Both the position numbers and the translations under genes were made by a program. Below, piece by piece: positions 1 through 12,799 of a DNA stretch of 64,000 bases. The notes under the pieces were generated by a model. The model ran no database searches. It had not been told where the DNA came from and saw nothing but the letters and a program-made list of their open reading frames with translations. The stretch is from Lama glama. Lineage: Eukaryota. Where the stretch lies: positions 94,428,001 to 94,492,000 of the forward strand of contig CM052817.1 in assembly GCA_028534125.1 (NCBI GenBank), written 5' to 3'. Within the stretch, counting starts at the first letter, position 1. Each line of letters starts with the position of its first letter.

Positions 1-68
1 ATTTCATATAAACATGACTTTGCTAATTGATCTGTTGGTTTTGCAATGTCATTCAGAATCACTCCAAG

Positions 69-527
69 TGTTACTGAAATCAAATTAGTACGCCTGACAT
101 ATAGGAAGCCAAAAGAACCAACCAAACAAAATCTCGAAATGTCATAGATTGAAGCAGAGAAAGGTTTATTGCTAGCTTAGCAAGAACAGGTGACTCATGC
201 CCCCTAAACCCTGAACTCCTCAAAGGGTTTCAGCTGAGCAGTTTTAAAGGTCATTTGAGGGAGGGGCATCTCAGGGCATGAGATCAGCTGTGCAAATTCT
301 GATTGGTTGATGGTGATCAATCCTTACCACCAGATCATATCGGGGCTACATGCTCACGATCATCAAGTAGTTAATTTCTTCCATTTGGTGGTGGTTTCTT
401 AGTATCTGAGAAACTCAGGAAATATGCATGAGATACTATCATCAGGGTACTTCAGGGAGGTGCTACAGCAGAGGATGTGGGGGAGGGGTCTTCTCAGGAA
501 GGCTCTATAGGGTCCTACTGGGTTACA
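69..527 (-). repeat. 3' LTR of the provirus
   Basis: Starts tgttactgaa and ends ggttaca on +. AATAAA on minus (tttatt 165-170). Shares long blocks such as gatcatcaagtagttaatttcttccatttggtggtggttt with 4810-5245. Confidence 0.9.
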
Positions 528-543
528 GCTCCCCCCTTTCTTT
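528..543 (-). promoter_or_regulatory. Polypurine tract (PPT)
   Basis: Minus strand reads AAAGAAAGGGGGGAGC immediately followed by the LTR start TGTAACC. Confidence 0.85.
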
Positions 544-874
544 GATACTCCTCAAGCTTAAGAACACGTATTGGACAAGAAGGAGGATAATATTCTGGAT
601 AGAGGTTAATCATCAACTTGGCAGAGGAACTCAGTTTCAATTGCCAATCCTGTTTCATCGCTCCCAAAATCTTTCAGGGAATGGGGAGATGACCACTCTG
701 ACTCCTTCCTGCTGAAACGGGGCACAGTCCTACTTTGATTGAGGGAATGGAATCAGATTTGGAAATAGTCCCAAGTTCCAAGTCCTGGATCCAAGTCTTG
801 TATGATTAAGATCTCATTCCCTGAGGAATTCAAGAGAATTAAAACCTGAAAACCAGTCTGGACCTGGCACTTTA

Positions 875-1020
875 GGGGAGACTTGTAGCCAGTTGTCTAC
901 TTTTATCTGAGTAGGTTTTAACTTTGGATGTGGTGTTAACATATGCATATGAGCTTCTGGCCACCACATATTTCTTTTTTCTCCTAATGTCTAAAGCAAT
1001 TTTATTGTCTAAAAATTTAA
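875..1020 (-). pseudogene. env: Decayed retroviral env TM segment including immunosuppressive-domain motif
   Basis: ORF 872..1117(-) contains LDNKIALD...VVARSSYAYVNTTSKVKTYSDKSRQLATSL, resembling the gamma-type TM pattern LDNRxALDxLL...CxxxxxxCCxYINTSG.V...I.K.R.QA.WL. It lies just upstream of the PPT. The cysteines are lost. Confidence 0.7.
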
Positions 1021-1730
1021 TAGTTACCAGAGGATACCCTGAGGTCATAAGTTTGCAGCTGCCATCTGCCAGGGGACAATGCTTTGAGAATGGCTGGTGG
1101 CATCTCAGGTATGACACAGCTAAGAAAATTCAAGCTGTCAACAACTCAGGAATGTGTCTGAAATCATGTTCACAATGGCTACCTAGTTTTACCTTGGATG
1201 TCTGAACCACAGCTACTCCATTTTGACTTTTAAATGCATTCCCCTCTTCAAGGCCAAAGCAGATGTACAATGCATGTCCAAAGGGCCAGAAAACAGGCTA
1301 CTTGGTGGTCAGTTAAGTTTAAGTCAAACCATGCATAAGCCAGAATGACTATTTCCCGTAACTTGATATGTGCAGATTCCCCCATCATTTCCCACTTTGA
1401 TTACAAATCTTTCAGTAGAAAGCATTGATGATCAAAATATCTGTCCATTGATGCTGAGGTGATAGCTCCTGCCCCAGGTTTAGATCATGTATCTTGGTCT
1501 TAGGCCTCCTCTATATTTGCCTAATTGTCCATATTAGGGGAAATCTAGTCAGATATCATGAAAAGGCTCAGAGGTACTTTAATGGGGAGACACTATATAG
1601 GCCATACATTTTATCACTTATACCCAGTTGTTACAAAAGCACCATACATGTGCTTTTAGCAGTAGACTTAGAGCAAGCATTGTTATACATCATGAGTAGT
1701 TATACAGTGACAACTCCATTAGAGAATTCT

Positions 1731-1834
1731 TTCTTTCTTTTTTTAAATTGAAGTACAGTCAGTTACAATGTGTCAGTTTCTGGTGTACAGCACAATGTCC
1801 CAGTCATGCATATACATACATATATTCATTTTCA
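1731..1834 (-). mobile_element. 5'-truncated L1 3' end inserted into the ERV interior
   Basis: T-rich tail plus L1 3'UTR (aattgaagtacagtcagttacaatgtgtc...). TSD tagagaattct at 1720-1730 and 1835-1845. Confidence 0.85.
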
Positions 1835-4785
1835 TAGAGAATTCTCTTTCTATCCTAAACATCAGGGGCAGTATCAATAGAAACATCCGGCAAGAAGTTC
1901 AATTAGAAAACAGAATAAAAGCCCGTCATACTTCAAACACTCAAAATATTATAACCATATTCATCAGTTCACTCAATCCTATGCAATCAATCTTTTTAAC
2001 TAACAGTTTTATGAAATCAGAGTTTTCATTATGTTTCTTAAATATCTTACCCAGCTCAGCAGTAAGATTTAAAAGAAACCTGTACTTGTCAAAAAAAAAT
2101 TCCTTTTATGAATCTTCTGGAAGATAAAGCAGTTCTGCAAAGCATCAGCTTAACTGTCTATGAATGACAAAAGACCCAAAAACGTAAGGTAAAAGATCTG
2201 ATTACAACCGTTTTTGACAAAGAAGCTTAATCAAGCTGCTGTGATGTACAACATTTCAAGAGAACAACCAGAATTATGACTACAGCATTATACCTGGACA
2301 CATCTAAATTTCAGAAACTTTATATAATTTCTAGAATGTTCACACTGACAACATTTATTCATACTGTATAATCCAAGGAGGCTTATCACTCATTTGCCAA
2401 TGCTTCCCATACAATTCAACATACCAACCAGTCCTAATTCGTTTAATATTTTTCTCTGAGATGCCTCAAGGGGCCCTGAAGCATCCCAAAGCTAGCTGAA
2501 GTTAAAAGAACTTTCATTAGAATAGAAAGTTTGTCAAAAAATATCAAAATGTTTCACACAATCTGTTGTCAGAAGTATTATAAGTAACCTTGTTCTCTTA
2601 AGAGAGAGGAACCAAATCTAGTCCTGCACCAGACTACTTTCAAAAACAAAGTCCATTTACCTAATTTTAATCTTATCTCAGCCCAACCATGCATGGAATT
2701 CCTTTTTTAGGCTCCCTCTCTACAAACCTTCTACAACTTTCTGTATCCATTATTAGCCCGTACTTCATTTTCTCCCACGTAGAAACAACCAGCTCCAGGA
2801 CCATATCACCTTCTTTTCCTTTAACAAAAGACAATTCCATTACTCATATCTTTTTTTTTTAAACTCAAAAAACACATCCTACTTTGAAACACACTGAAAT
2901 ATTTCCTCCATCATTTTCAGTAGCTTTGATTACACATCTAAATTAGAACCCTCAATTGTCAAAAATCTCAACCTCCAGTGAATGTTTCAGTATCTTAATT
3001 TGTTTGGGGATGGCCTAGCTATTCAACTGTTCAATAAACTTCCATCATTTAACCCAGTTTAACATAACTCTAAAATTTCAAGTTACCGAATGTCTGGAGA
3101 GATCTTTTTAAGTAGACATTCCTAAAACATAATCATTTCTAAACAGTTCACTCAAAAGCTGTTATCCCATTTGCATTTAATTCACTTATAGGAGTTTCAT
3201 CATACCAAGTTAATTTTTTTTTCTTTCTGCTGACAAACTCTGCAACAGAAACATAAACTTATTAACCTTCTGTAAACATAGGTACAATAAAAGACATGTC
3301 TGTATTGATTATATCAACAAGTTTAAGCTAGCTTATTAAAGATATCAATTCAGTATTGAGCATTTCCCAGATCACATGAACCCAAAATTTGTTCTGACTA
3401 GCTTCTTTTACACTTAGAAGTATTTAATTTGTAAGCACTTACTTTTAAGTCAAATAGAGTTTATTTACAAGTCAATTTTTTTTTAATGTAAAGACAGGCA
3501 GAACCAGAGATCTCTCAGTTTTCCACTGGAGTTTTAAAAAAACCTCTTTTTTTCCTTGAGAAGCCAGATATATCACCTACATCCCAAAGGCACAGAAGAG
3601 AAATGCTAATTCCTCCTCTAACTGCTTTTACAAAACCCAACCATCTTGGCTATTTTCAGGAATTTTTTCCCCAGTTCCCATGTATCCACTTCAGTTTAAA
3701 GAACTCACAGTAATAGACAATAGTATGTATGTCATTCGCTCACATTCACATGCCTCACTTTCCACAAAACTGGGACAATAACAAGATTTGGGCTCAGGTA
3801 CCCAGACACTTCACCCCGCTCCCTGCCAAGGGTAAAAGCCAAACTGCAAAAGGCCCATTTTGATATAAGAGCAGAGACGTTAGGGACCACTGTTCTCCAG
3901 ATCTCAGGGGGTACTGAGCCCACACAGTGTTACAATAAAAAATATCATTTTCTTTCATTTATGGGAGCATAGCTAAAGATCTGGTTTTGCAAATACGCCC
4001 TAGGAGGACTATAAAATGGAACAGAGCCCTGATCATCTGTACTTAATTGTTCACAGCTGATGTTATCAAATGTCAAGCAAACAACGATCCAAAACAGTCT
4101 TTCAGGGTCACAGTTCTGTAGCCCCAAAAGGGAGATTCCTAACCAATGCCTCATGAGTCCAAAAGGGGTAAACCCCAACCAGCGCCCCATCAGAGATGAA
4201 GCTGAATGAAAGACCAAGGCTAGAAAGGGAAAATTCCAACCAAAACTCCATGGCAGGTGAAGCCAAAGCGTTAGGGAAGGATACCCTGGCATCGTTACCG
4301 CGAGCCCTGTTACTCACCAAAGACGTCTCACCAGCCAACACAAGTCCTGATACACCTGCACATACAAACAACAAACATGGTCCCACAAAAACACAAACAA
4401 CCGATAAGCTAAGGTCAGCCGCAGAGTCAGAGGAGGTGTAGTCTAAAAATTCCTCTTCCGCTCCCAGATGGAGGCCTCCAAACAGATTTCCCCAGCTCTC
4501 GAAAGAGAACAGACTCAGAGTGGCTCACAATGAGCCCAGGACAGCTAACCTCCTGCAAGCAGATAAGCCCAGATGGAGTGGAGAGGATTCCCAGCCTGAG
4601 CAAGCTGGAGCCACTCACCCCCAAGTGACAGCGAATGTGGACTGCAGCTCCGGTGTGTCTCAGCTCCAAACAGCCTTGCACCAGGGCCGCCGGCCTGTGA
4701 CTGCTGGTTCTCCTGAGGGAAGGGAGCTCTGGCAGCTGCTGGGACCCAGGGAAGGGGCAGTCCCTTCCATCTCCATGGGCATAAA

Positions 4786-4805
4786 CTCTTAGGCTGGCTT
4801 TGCCA
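4786..4805 (-). promoter_or_regulatory. Primer binding site, degenerate tRNA-Arg type
   Basis: Minus strand just after the 5' LTR reads TGGCAAAGCCAGCCTAAGAG, similar to the tRNA-Arg(ACG) PBS TGGCGAGCCAGCCAGGAG as recalled. Confidence 0.65.
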
Positions 4806-4809
4806 TCAT

Positions 4810-5245
4810 TGTACCGAACGTAAATTTGTGTGCCTAACACACAGTGAGGCCAAACTATTCGAAAACATTGAAGTCTGGAACAGAGAAAGGTCTGTTGCTC
4901 GGCTGAACAAGGAGGAGCGGCTAGTGCCCCAAATACCTGAACTCCCTAAAGGGTTTCAGCTGAGGCTTTTTAAAGGCCAGCTGAGGGCGGGGCAGCCCAG
5001 GGTATGTGATCAGGTTTTGATTGGTTGATGGTGATTGATCCTTAGGTGTCAGAAGGTCTGGGAGCCACTTGCTCGTGATCATCAAGTAGTTAATTTCTTC
5101 CATTTGGTGGTGGTTTTCAGCATCTGAGAAACTCAGGAAATATGCATGAGATGCTATTATTGGGTACTTCAGGGAGGAGCTACAGTAGAGGATATGGGCG
5201 AGAGGTCTGCCCTGGGAAGGTCTCATAGGGTCTCCCTTGGTTACA
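4810..5245 (-). repeat. 5' LTR of the provirus
   Basis: tgtaccgaa...ggttaca, homologous to 69-527. CCAAT box (gattgg on +) and a GC box (gggcggg, ~4985-4992). Confidence 0.9.
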
Positions 5246-7032
5246 CAGGAGATTTTAATTCTGATGTTCAGATTATTTTTAAGGTTGTGAATTTATTTAA
5301 TTTTGACTTTCAAATACATTCAGTAAACTTGAACACATTTTATTAAGTATTTTCTATCAGAGATTCCAATGGAAATAAACTTAGTCATTTGTTAAAGACG
5401 AATTAATAATTGGCTTATCAAAGTTATTTTTAAAAGAAGATTCTAAGAGTGGCGGGATGATCAAATGAGATTAAATCTGCATATGTGGCTGTGTTTGCAC
5501 GCTCTTCTTTAGCAAGGGTGAGACATGTTGGATTTGCTGAAGGCAGGCTACCCTTCCTTAGACCAGTAGGTAAGGTTTCTTGAAGTCGCAGCAGGTAACA
5601 AGATCTCTCATTCTTCCCTTCCCCACTCAAGGATGGGTGTGTGCACTTTGGAGTCACTTTGGAAATTTTGCTTAAGAGACATTCATTTTTGAATCATTGA
5701 AGTCAATTGCTAATTATAATTTTGAGGGGAGTGACAAGGTTAACAGGTGTGATCAGAGTGTGGCTGGGGAATCTAAAGGAGCTCTAAACTCAAATACTTA
5801 GAGGCTTGGGCAGATGGCATGGATTAATTAAGCCACTGGGACATAAGACAAAGGAGAGACTACATGTCAGTCTCTGCTGGGAAAATATAAAGTGCATGCT
5901 TTATACTCAAGCATGGTTTTCATCTAGAAAGGACACAGTGTTGTTTCACAAAGTGTCTTTTGCCTGCTAAGACAGAAGACTTTTGGAAGATGTCCGTGTT
6001 TTAGGCACTATGGGAATATTCAGCACACCAGGGTGTATAGTGTAGCATGGGTCAGGGAGAAAGGATCTCATACACATTTAGTTTCATTTTAAATAGAGAT
6101 CATAAGAAATGACCATTGGTATAGAGCTGTCTCCTCTGACCCCATAGTAGGAATGGCAAAGAAGCACCCCCCCCACCCCAGGCACCCAGTTCTCAACCTT
6201 GGTGGGCTGTGATGCAGAAGGGATGTTGAAGCCAGGAGTGGACTCCATAGTGTTGGTCCTCCGTGGATTAATCTTTAATTTTGTGTGCAGGGCATCTGCT
6301 TAAACCAATAACCACTCATTATTATCCTATTATTATTATTCTATTCTGGAGGATACATAGGGAAAAAATTAGGATGTTGTAGGGGAAGGAAAAGAGAGAG
6401 GAAAGGGAAACAGGGATGGATCACTGTAGGGGAAGACATCACAGAAGAGCAGAGAGGACTCATGGCAGGAGAGGGGATGAAGGCATCAGGACAAACCACC
6501 CAGACTGAGAATTAAATGAAATGAAGTGGGGAAAGTGCCTGACATCTAGGCATCCAAGACTCCCAGCATCTTGTTGGTTTCCATGCTTATTCCTTCCATT
6601 TGGGACCAGAAGTGGCTTTTCATTTACTCGTGTTCCCCAGGACCTGATACATTTAGACTGTTTAACTGAATCTTTCCCAAGTTTATGTTCAGCTGTCATA
6701 GTTCACATAATGATACAGTATTTTATGTATAGATTTTTCTAGGTTTTGCTTTATTCTTTAATATGCAGAAGAATAAATACAGTTTGTACTTGGAAAATTG
6801 TGTCTATTTTCCTCTTTGGGACTTCTTGAACAAAAGTCTTGTAAACAGATGAAAATATGTAGTATATGAAGTTTATTAAGCTTTTGACCACATCCATTTC
6901 ATATATTTGAAAGCATAGACATTACAACACAAACACTGCAATATAGGGATGAAAATTTATGTTTTCAAGTTGAAAAAATTATAATTCTGAGTTATGAGAG
7001 AAAATTCTAAAGTAGTCCCAATGAATATAGCA

Positions 7033-7117
7033 TTTTTTTTTACATTTTTTATTGATTCATAATCATTTTACAGTGTTGTGTCAAATTCCAGTGTTCAGCA
7101 CAATTTTTCAGTCATTC
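7033..7117 (-). mobile_element. Very short young L1 3' end
   Basis: TSD tgaatatagcatttt at 7022 and 7118. Nearly identical to the L1 3' end at 26591-26674. Confidence 0.85.
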
Positions 7118-10100
7118 TGAATATAGCATTTTTAAAAGTCTAGACTGCTTTTATATCGCTTGCAAAATGTAAAATTTTAATAACACACAGCAGCTGCAGT
7201 GGAAGAACAGCCCATCACACCAGCTGCTTTCTGTTGTTATTGTTGAATGGGTTTATTTTTAGTAATGTAACATGTTTATTATTCATTTAAAGTAGTTGTA
7301 AAAGCAAATTTTGAATAGATGTTTTAAGCAGACATAAATTCCCTGTGAGTTTTCTTACTGCACACATTATCTTGAGTAACATTTTTATTGGTTTATTTGT
7401 TCTCAAGACATTTATGGTGTTCGATACCATTACTTTCACTGGCATGCCTTATAGTGTCAGATGCTCTAAATTAAAGATGTGGTTGGTAATTACATAGTTA
7501 TTTGAATTTGCGAGCTAAGTTTGCAAACTGTGATCTCTATGAGAGAGAATTGGATAACATTTCCAAACTTGGCAGACATAGAGAATGTCCTTTTATGCAA
7601 AAAAAAAAAAAAAAAAGACCCACAGAAGCCTTCATAAAAAATGATGAACAGCTGAGAGAATGATTCTCCAACTAAATAATCTGTTTCTTGCAATAAAAAA
7701 TCTTGTTTGGGCTTTAAAATGGTTAAATCCATGAGTAGGACTCACTGAATCACAGTTTAACCACTTCTCTGTACCTGTGATACTGCTCGAGGCATCCCAG
7801 ATACATTTCATGTTTGGCAAAAATGCAGGTCCTTAAAATCTGAGGTCTGTGGAACCTTGCCAGGGGTTATCTTTTATCTCCTTGGATGTTTAGCATGGCC
7901 AGACAGCACGCCCACCTACTGGGCCTTTTTCATGCTGCAGTTTCAGGCAAAACACAATCAGTCCATTTCCCCCCCCCCATCTTAATTACTTCATAGAGTC
8001 ACAGTTTTTAATGCGTGCAAGGAACTTAGGAAAGAAGACAATGATCATGAACAAAGGAATGACTCCTGTTGTTGCAGAACTGCTAACAGGACCTAAAAAA
8101 ATAATTTTGTAGGTCAGTTACAGATCAGGGGTGTTTAAGAGGAACCAAAGAGCAGAGATACTCCAGTTCCACATCATCATCACATTTCATTTTAGTTGTT
8201 TGTTTATCAGAATTTTCTCACCACCAATTTTCCCATTTTAGTGAACAGCGCCACTTTCTTCTAAGTGGCCCACGTTCAAAAGTGCAATAATTAAAATCCT
8301 TCCCGTCCCTTGCCTTCTGTATTCACTCCGCAAATACCCAGAGCTTGTGAAGTGTCAGGTAGTGTGATGAATACAATACAATCTCTGTCCTCTAGGGGCG
8401 CAGAGTCTATTCAGCGTTCTGGCTGGTGATTACCTCATTTTCTTCCTCGCTTCACTTGCCTTTCCCTTCCCCCCACCCCGCACCTGCTCTCTGTCAGATT
8501 TTGTCACTGCATACCTGGACTAGTACCTTATTTTCCAAGTCTCTAATCATCTTGCACAACTACTACTTCCCTCTTCCCTCAAAGCTTCCTGTGGCTCCCT
8601 CTTACCTCTCAGATAAAGTTCAAACTCTGCAGTCTGTGAGATAACGCACCCTCCCACCAAAGGCTGTAGCCTGCCTTAAAAAATTACTAACTTTTTTCCT
8701 GTGAAGTGGTTTGGGTTAGCTGCTCTGCCTGCAAGTCCTGTCTTCCATTTTTCTGAGTCCTGTTTCAATTTAGTTGTCTGTCAAAGGCCAGCGGAACCCC
8801 CACTATAACAAAGCTCTTCCTGAGCCCTGGAATGGAAGTGACTTCGAAAGCCCTTGACTACTTATGGTTCAGACTCCTCTCAAGGGATGAATCATTCACT
8901 TCTCTGTAAGGTGGCTTATCTATTCCTGTTCATACTTCATCCTTAACTTCTATTTAGACAGTGTCTTTATAGCCCTCAAGTTCACAGCACGGGGCTTTTT
9001 GCAAGCAAAATTTACTCAGTAAATATTTCTGGATTGATTTCTTCAAATAAAAATGAATGAACTCATTTGTTTACTCATTCATTCATAAAAGTGCAGACAC
9101 AAGAGTATCACTATCTAAGGCCAATTCTACAGCATGGTAAACGTCTGTCACAGCCTTTTTGTACAATCCATTTCCCGCTGATCAAGTCATCTGATTATTT
9201 CCTCCATTGTTTCTTCAAAGACTCAGAGCAAACCTTGGTGGCACAGACATAGCATAATACCTTGTTTTCCAAATTCTAATTTTGTCATTATATTTATATG
9301 TATCGCTATATATCTATATAGGTATCTACATACGTGTGTGTGTACACACACAGACACTATTTAAAAACAGGCACATTAAATTGAATTCTGTACCTTCACT
9401 GTTGGAGACAATCAATGATAGCAGGGAGGCTATACTTTGTTCTGCCAGCTGATCTCATTTTTGGGCAGTTATTGGAAAAAAAGCTTTTCCTGCTATCTTT
9501 GTATAATTGGAGTTTTCCTGAAATTGCAAGGGGAGCTATTAAAAAAATTGTTATCATTTACAGCTGTGTATCTGTTGGAATCAGATTTCCTTCCAAGCAG
9601 AATAAAGAAACAAACAGGATCCTAAACTGATGAAACATCTAAAATTTGTACTGGTAAGTAAGAGAAGTTGTCACAGTTGCCGTGAAGTTCAGTGCCTCTG
9701 GTTTTGACAGTTGAGTCCAAATCCGAGGTCCTGGGAAGAGCCTGGGCTTGTGGTGGGAAGATCTGGACTCTGCTTGTAAGTTCTGTTCCTTTAGGGAAGG
9801 GCCACAGCTCATGGCCTGCTTCTGAGTCTCTGTACCACTGAGGGCAATATGTAGTTAATAATGCCTGCCTGCCCACGATAAGGTCTGAATAAAGCCATCT
9901 ATGTGAGAGCTATTTGTAATACATGAATTCCCCTATCATGTAAATAACAGCCAGACCTGGAGCCCTGTTTTCTGCATCCTGTCCCGTGTTCCCTACTCCA
10001 CACCCACCTCTGTCCTCTTGTGCTGCCCTCTGTCCTCTGACTTGACCCGGCTGTTGGGAGTTTCTCTGTTTCTCATGGTGCTCTTGGCTTCCCTCAAGTA

Positions 10101-11089
10101 ACTGACTTCTCCCTTACAGTCTGCCCCCATCCTCACCCCTCTCCCCAACAGGTAACATCTGTGGTGGGTTTTTACTGTTGAGCTCTGGATTTTTGGAATG
10201 AGATGTGTTGTATTCCTGAAATGAGACATAAAGGGCTCTGAAAGGCTGTCTTTACCATATGCCTTCTACTCTTATAGATAACAAAAGATCCAGTTTACAT
10301 GCCAGCATTTGAACATTGGATTATATAAGGAGAATTTACTCGCCTCTGGGTTACCCATGTCTGGCACTGAAATTTTACACAGCTCCAGGACTGTAGGCAA
10401 CAGTCCAATCCTTTCTGATTTTTAAAATTCAGAAACAGTTTTTTAAAACATAAACTCAAAATTTTCAAGTCTTCAGGGGAGCTAAAATGTTTTAGTTCAT
10501 CCAAAGGTAATGATTATGTTAATAATTAAGAAAGTAATGACTGTGCTAATAATTAAGAAGGTAATGTGGTCTTTGCCTCAGTTTTTCTATTTGAAAAAGC
10601 AAAATGGGTTCAAATGTTCACTCTATGTTGGGAGGAGACTTGTACTTACTACTTAAAAAGAACAAAAACTAAGTTTTCCAGAATTGGAAGCAAGTAAGAG
10701 AAATTATATATTTAGGGTCTGCCGAAGGAGAAATTGTATCAGAATTGTCTCCTCAGTGTGTTATAGGAAAATAATTTAAATCTTTGGGAAGACATAGAAA
10801 GAGCATATTTCACCATGAGATGAAAAATGAGAATACAGAAGTTTCATATGGATGTTTAAATTGTTACAAGGTGAAGATGTCAAGCATATAGCACATTAGA
10901 CAGAACACCACTCAATATTTTAGGAATTCTGTGACTTCATGGTCTAAGCCCCTGGAAATCTACTTATGGTAATTAAGATGCTGGAATCTGAAACTCAAAA
11001 AGTCTCAAGTTCAAAGACAGAGGTAACTTGTGGAAGGAAAATAATTTATCTGATTGATTTAATCTGACCAACAAACTATGTTCCTGTTT

Positions 11090-11810
11090 TCCCCTTCAGC
11101 TTTGTTGAAATGTAGTTGACAAATAAAATAAAACGGTAATGTATTTAAAGTGTACAAAGTGATGATTTGATATATGAATACACTGTGCAAAGTTTCCCAG
11201 CATCGAGTTAACATATCCATTGCCTCATGCTTTTTTTCTTTTTTTGATGAGAACATTTAAGTTTCACTCTCTTGACAAATTTCAATTACATAATACAGTA
11301 TTATCAACTATAGTCACCATGTTACACATTAGATCTTCAAACCTTACTCTTTTACACCTGAAAGTTTGTACCCTTTTACCAGCCTCTCTGTATTTCACCC
11401 CCACTCCCACCCTCAAGCCCCTAGCAGCCACAATTCTACTTTCAGTTTCTAGATTTGACTTTTTTCTTTCTTTCCCTTTTAGATTCCACATATAAGTCAT
11501 AACATTCAATATTTGTCTATTTGTCTTATTTCACTTAGCATAATGCCCTCCAAGTTATTCTATGTCATCACAAATGGCAGGACATCCTTCCTTTTTTAAA
11601 GGCTGAAAAATATGTCATTATATATATATTTTTGTTATATATATATACATATAACATTTTCTTCATTCATTCATCTGTTGATGGAGACTTACATTGTTTC
11701 TATACCTTGGCTATTGAGAATAATGCGGCAGTGAATATGGGAGTACAGATATCTCTTCAAGATAATGACTTTGTTTCCTTTGGATGTATACCCAGAGGTG
11801 GGACTCCTGG
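11090..11810 (-). mobile_element. L1 3' end (older L1MA/L1MB-like)
   Basis: L1 3'UTR motifs (ttagattccacatataagt, gaatatgggagtacagatatctcttcaagata). Degenerate flanking repeat acaaa(c/t)tatg. Confidence 0.8.
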
Positions 11811-12339
11811 AACAAATTATGCGTCCTAATAGCAATGTGAGCAATACTTTTCTCTCTGTACAGTAGAATCTCAAAATTGAATTTAGTATGAAGTGATTCT
11901 GTTTTGGACTTCATTCCAAGGATTAAAAGTATTCTAAGATACAAGGAGGAATTGTAGAAAGAGTTTGTGTGGTATTTTGGTAGTTTGTAGAGTTAATTGC
12001 TCATTTAAAATGAAATATTTGTGTAGGAGGGGAGAAAGCAAGTGTTATATTTTAGGAGCAGATATATTCTTATTTTGTTTGATTTTCTTTTGAAACAGCA
12101 TTTCAGAGCATTGACTCCTATAGTAGGGAATCTTTCCTCCCTCTGCATGTAAGTGGGGAGAGCCCTTTGCAGGCTGCCCAGTATGTCATCCTCCAAGAAG
12201 CGGAGAGACAGTTTTGGCATCACTTCTGGGACCACTTCTGGGACCATTCCATCCTAAAGGTTTCTACTGTGAGATTCCTGGTCGTTTCCTCATCTTGACT
12301 CATCACACCTGTATAAGCTTCTCCTTCCTCTATAAAACT

Positions 12340-12760
12340 TTTTCTTACTTATTATTATAAAAAATTTCAAAGATGCAGAAATGTGGAGAGAATACTATAA
12401 TGGACACCCATATCTACAACACTTGGATATAACAATAGTTGATGTTCTGCCATACTTGCTTCATTATTTTTTTTCCTGAAGCATTCCAAAGGAAACCACA
12501 TACGTCACCATGCTCTACCTCTGAATGCCACAGCCTGCATCTTCAAAGACAAGGACTCCTTCTTGCACAGTCACACCACTGCCATCACACCAAACAAACC
12601 CCCGCCGAGAACCCCATCATATGTACTACTTAGCACACAGTCCTTATTTGTATTTTTATATTTTTTTTCCAAAATGTCTTTTACAACTGTTTTCTTCAGA
12701 ATCCAATCAAGAACTACTCGTTGCATTTGGTTCTTATGTCTCTTAAGTTTCTTATAAACC
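12340..12760 (-). mobile_element. Old L1M 3' fragment
   Basis: ttattataaaaaatttcaaagatgcagaaa...aatccaatcaagaac...ttgcatttggtt pattern typical of old L1MC/ME 3' ends. Confidence 0.6.
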
Positions 12761-12799
12761 CTGGCCTTGGACCTGAATTCAGAAAGGAAAAACTGAGAA

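Larger units (their letters stand above)
69..5245 (-). mobile_element. Internally deleted class I endogenous retrovirus (ERV1, MER4-group-like), LTR-int-LTR
   Basis: Two homologous LTRs (69-527, 4810-5245) with TG...CA ends. PPT next to the left LTR and PBS next to the right LTR, both read on the minus strand. Near-TSD caag (65-68) / cagg (5246-5249). No gag or pol ORF in the 4.3-kb interior. Confidence 0.9.

Noticed and set aside
3732..4840. Cluster of overlapping ORFs in the ERV leader as possible gag
   Set aside because: No matrix, capsid MHR or zinc-knuckle motifs; GC-richer leader sequence gives chance ORFs on both strands.
9564..9653. Possible plus-strand exon (tttacag|...|gtaagt)
   Set aside because: Stops in all three frames, weak pyrimidine tract, and no linked promoter or partner exon.
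10504..10566. 27-bp tandem repeat, 2.3 copies
   Set aside because: Simple local duplication with no spacers or array structure; not CRISPR-like.
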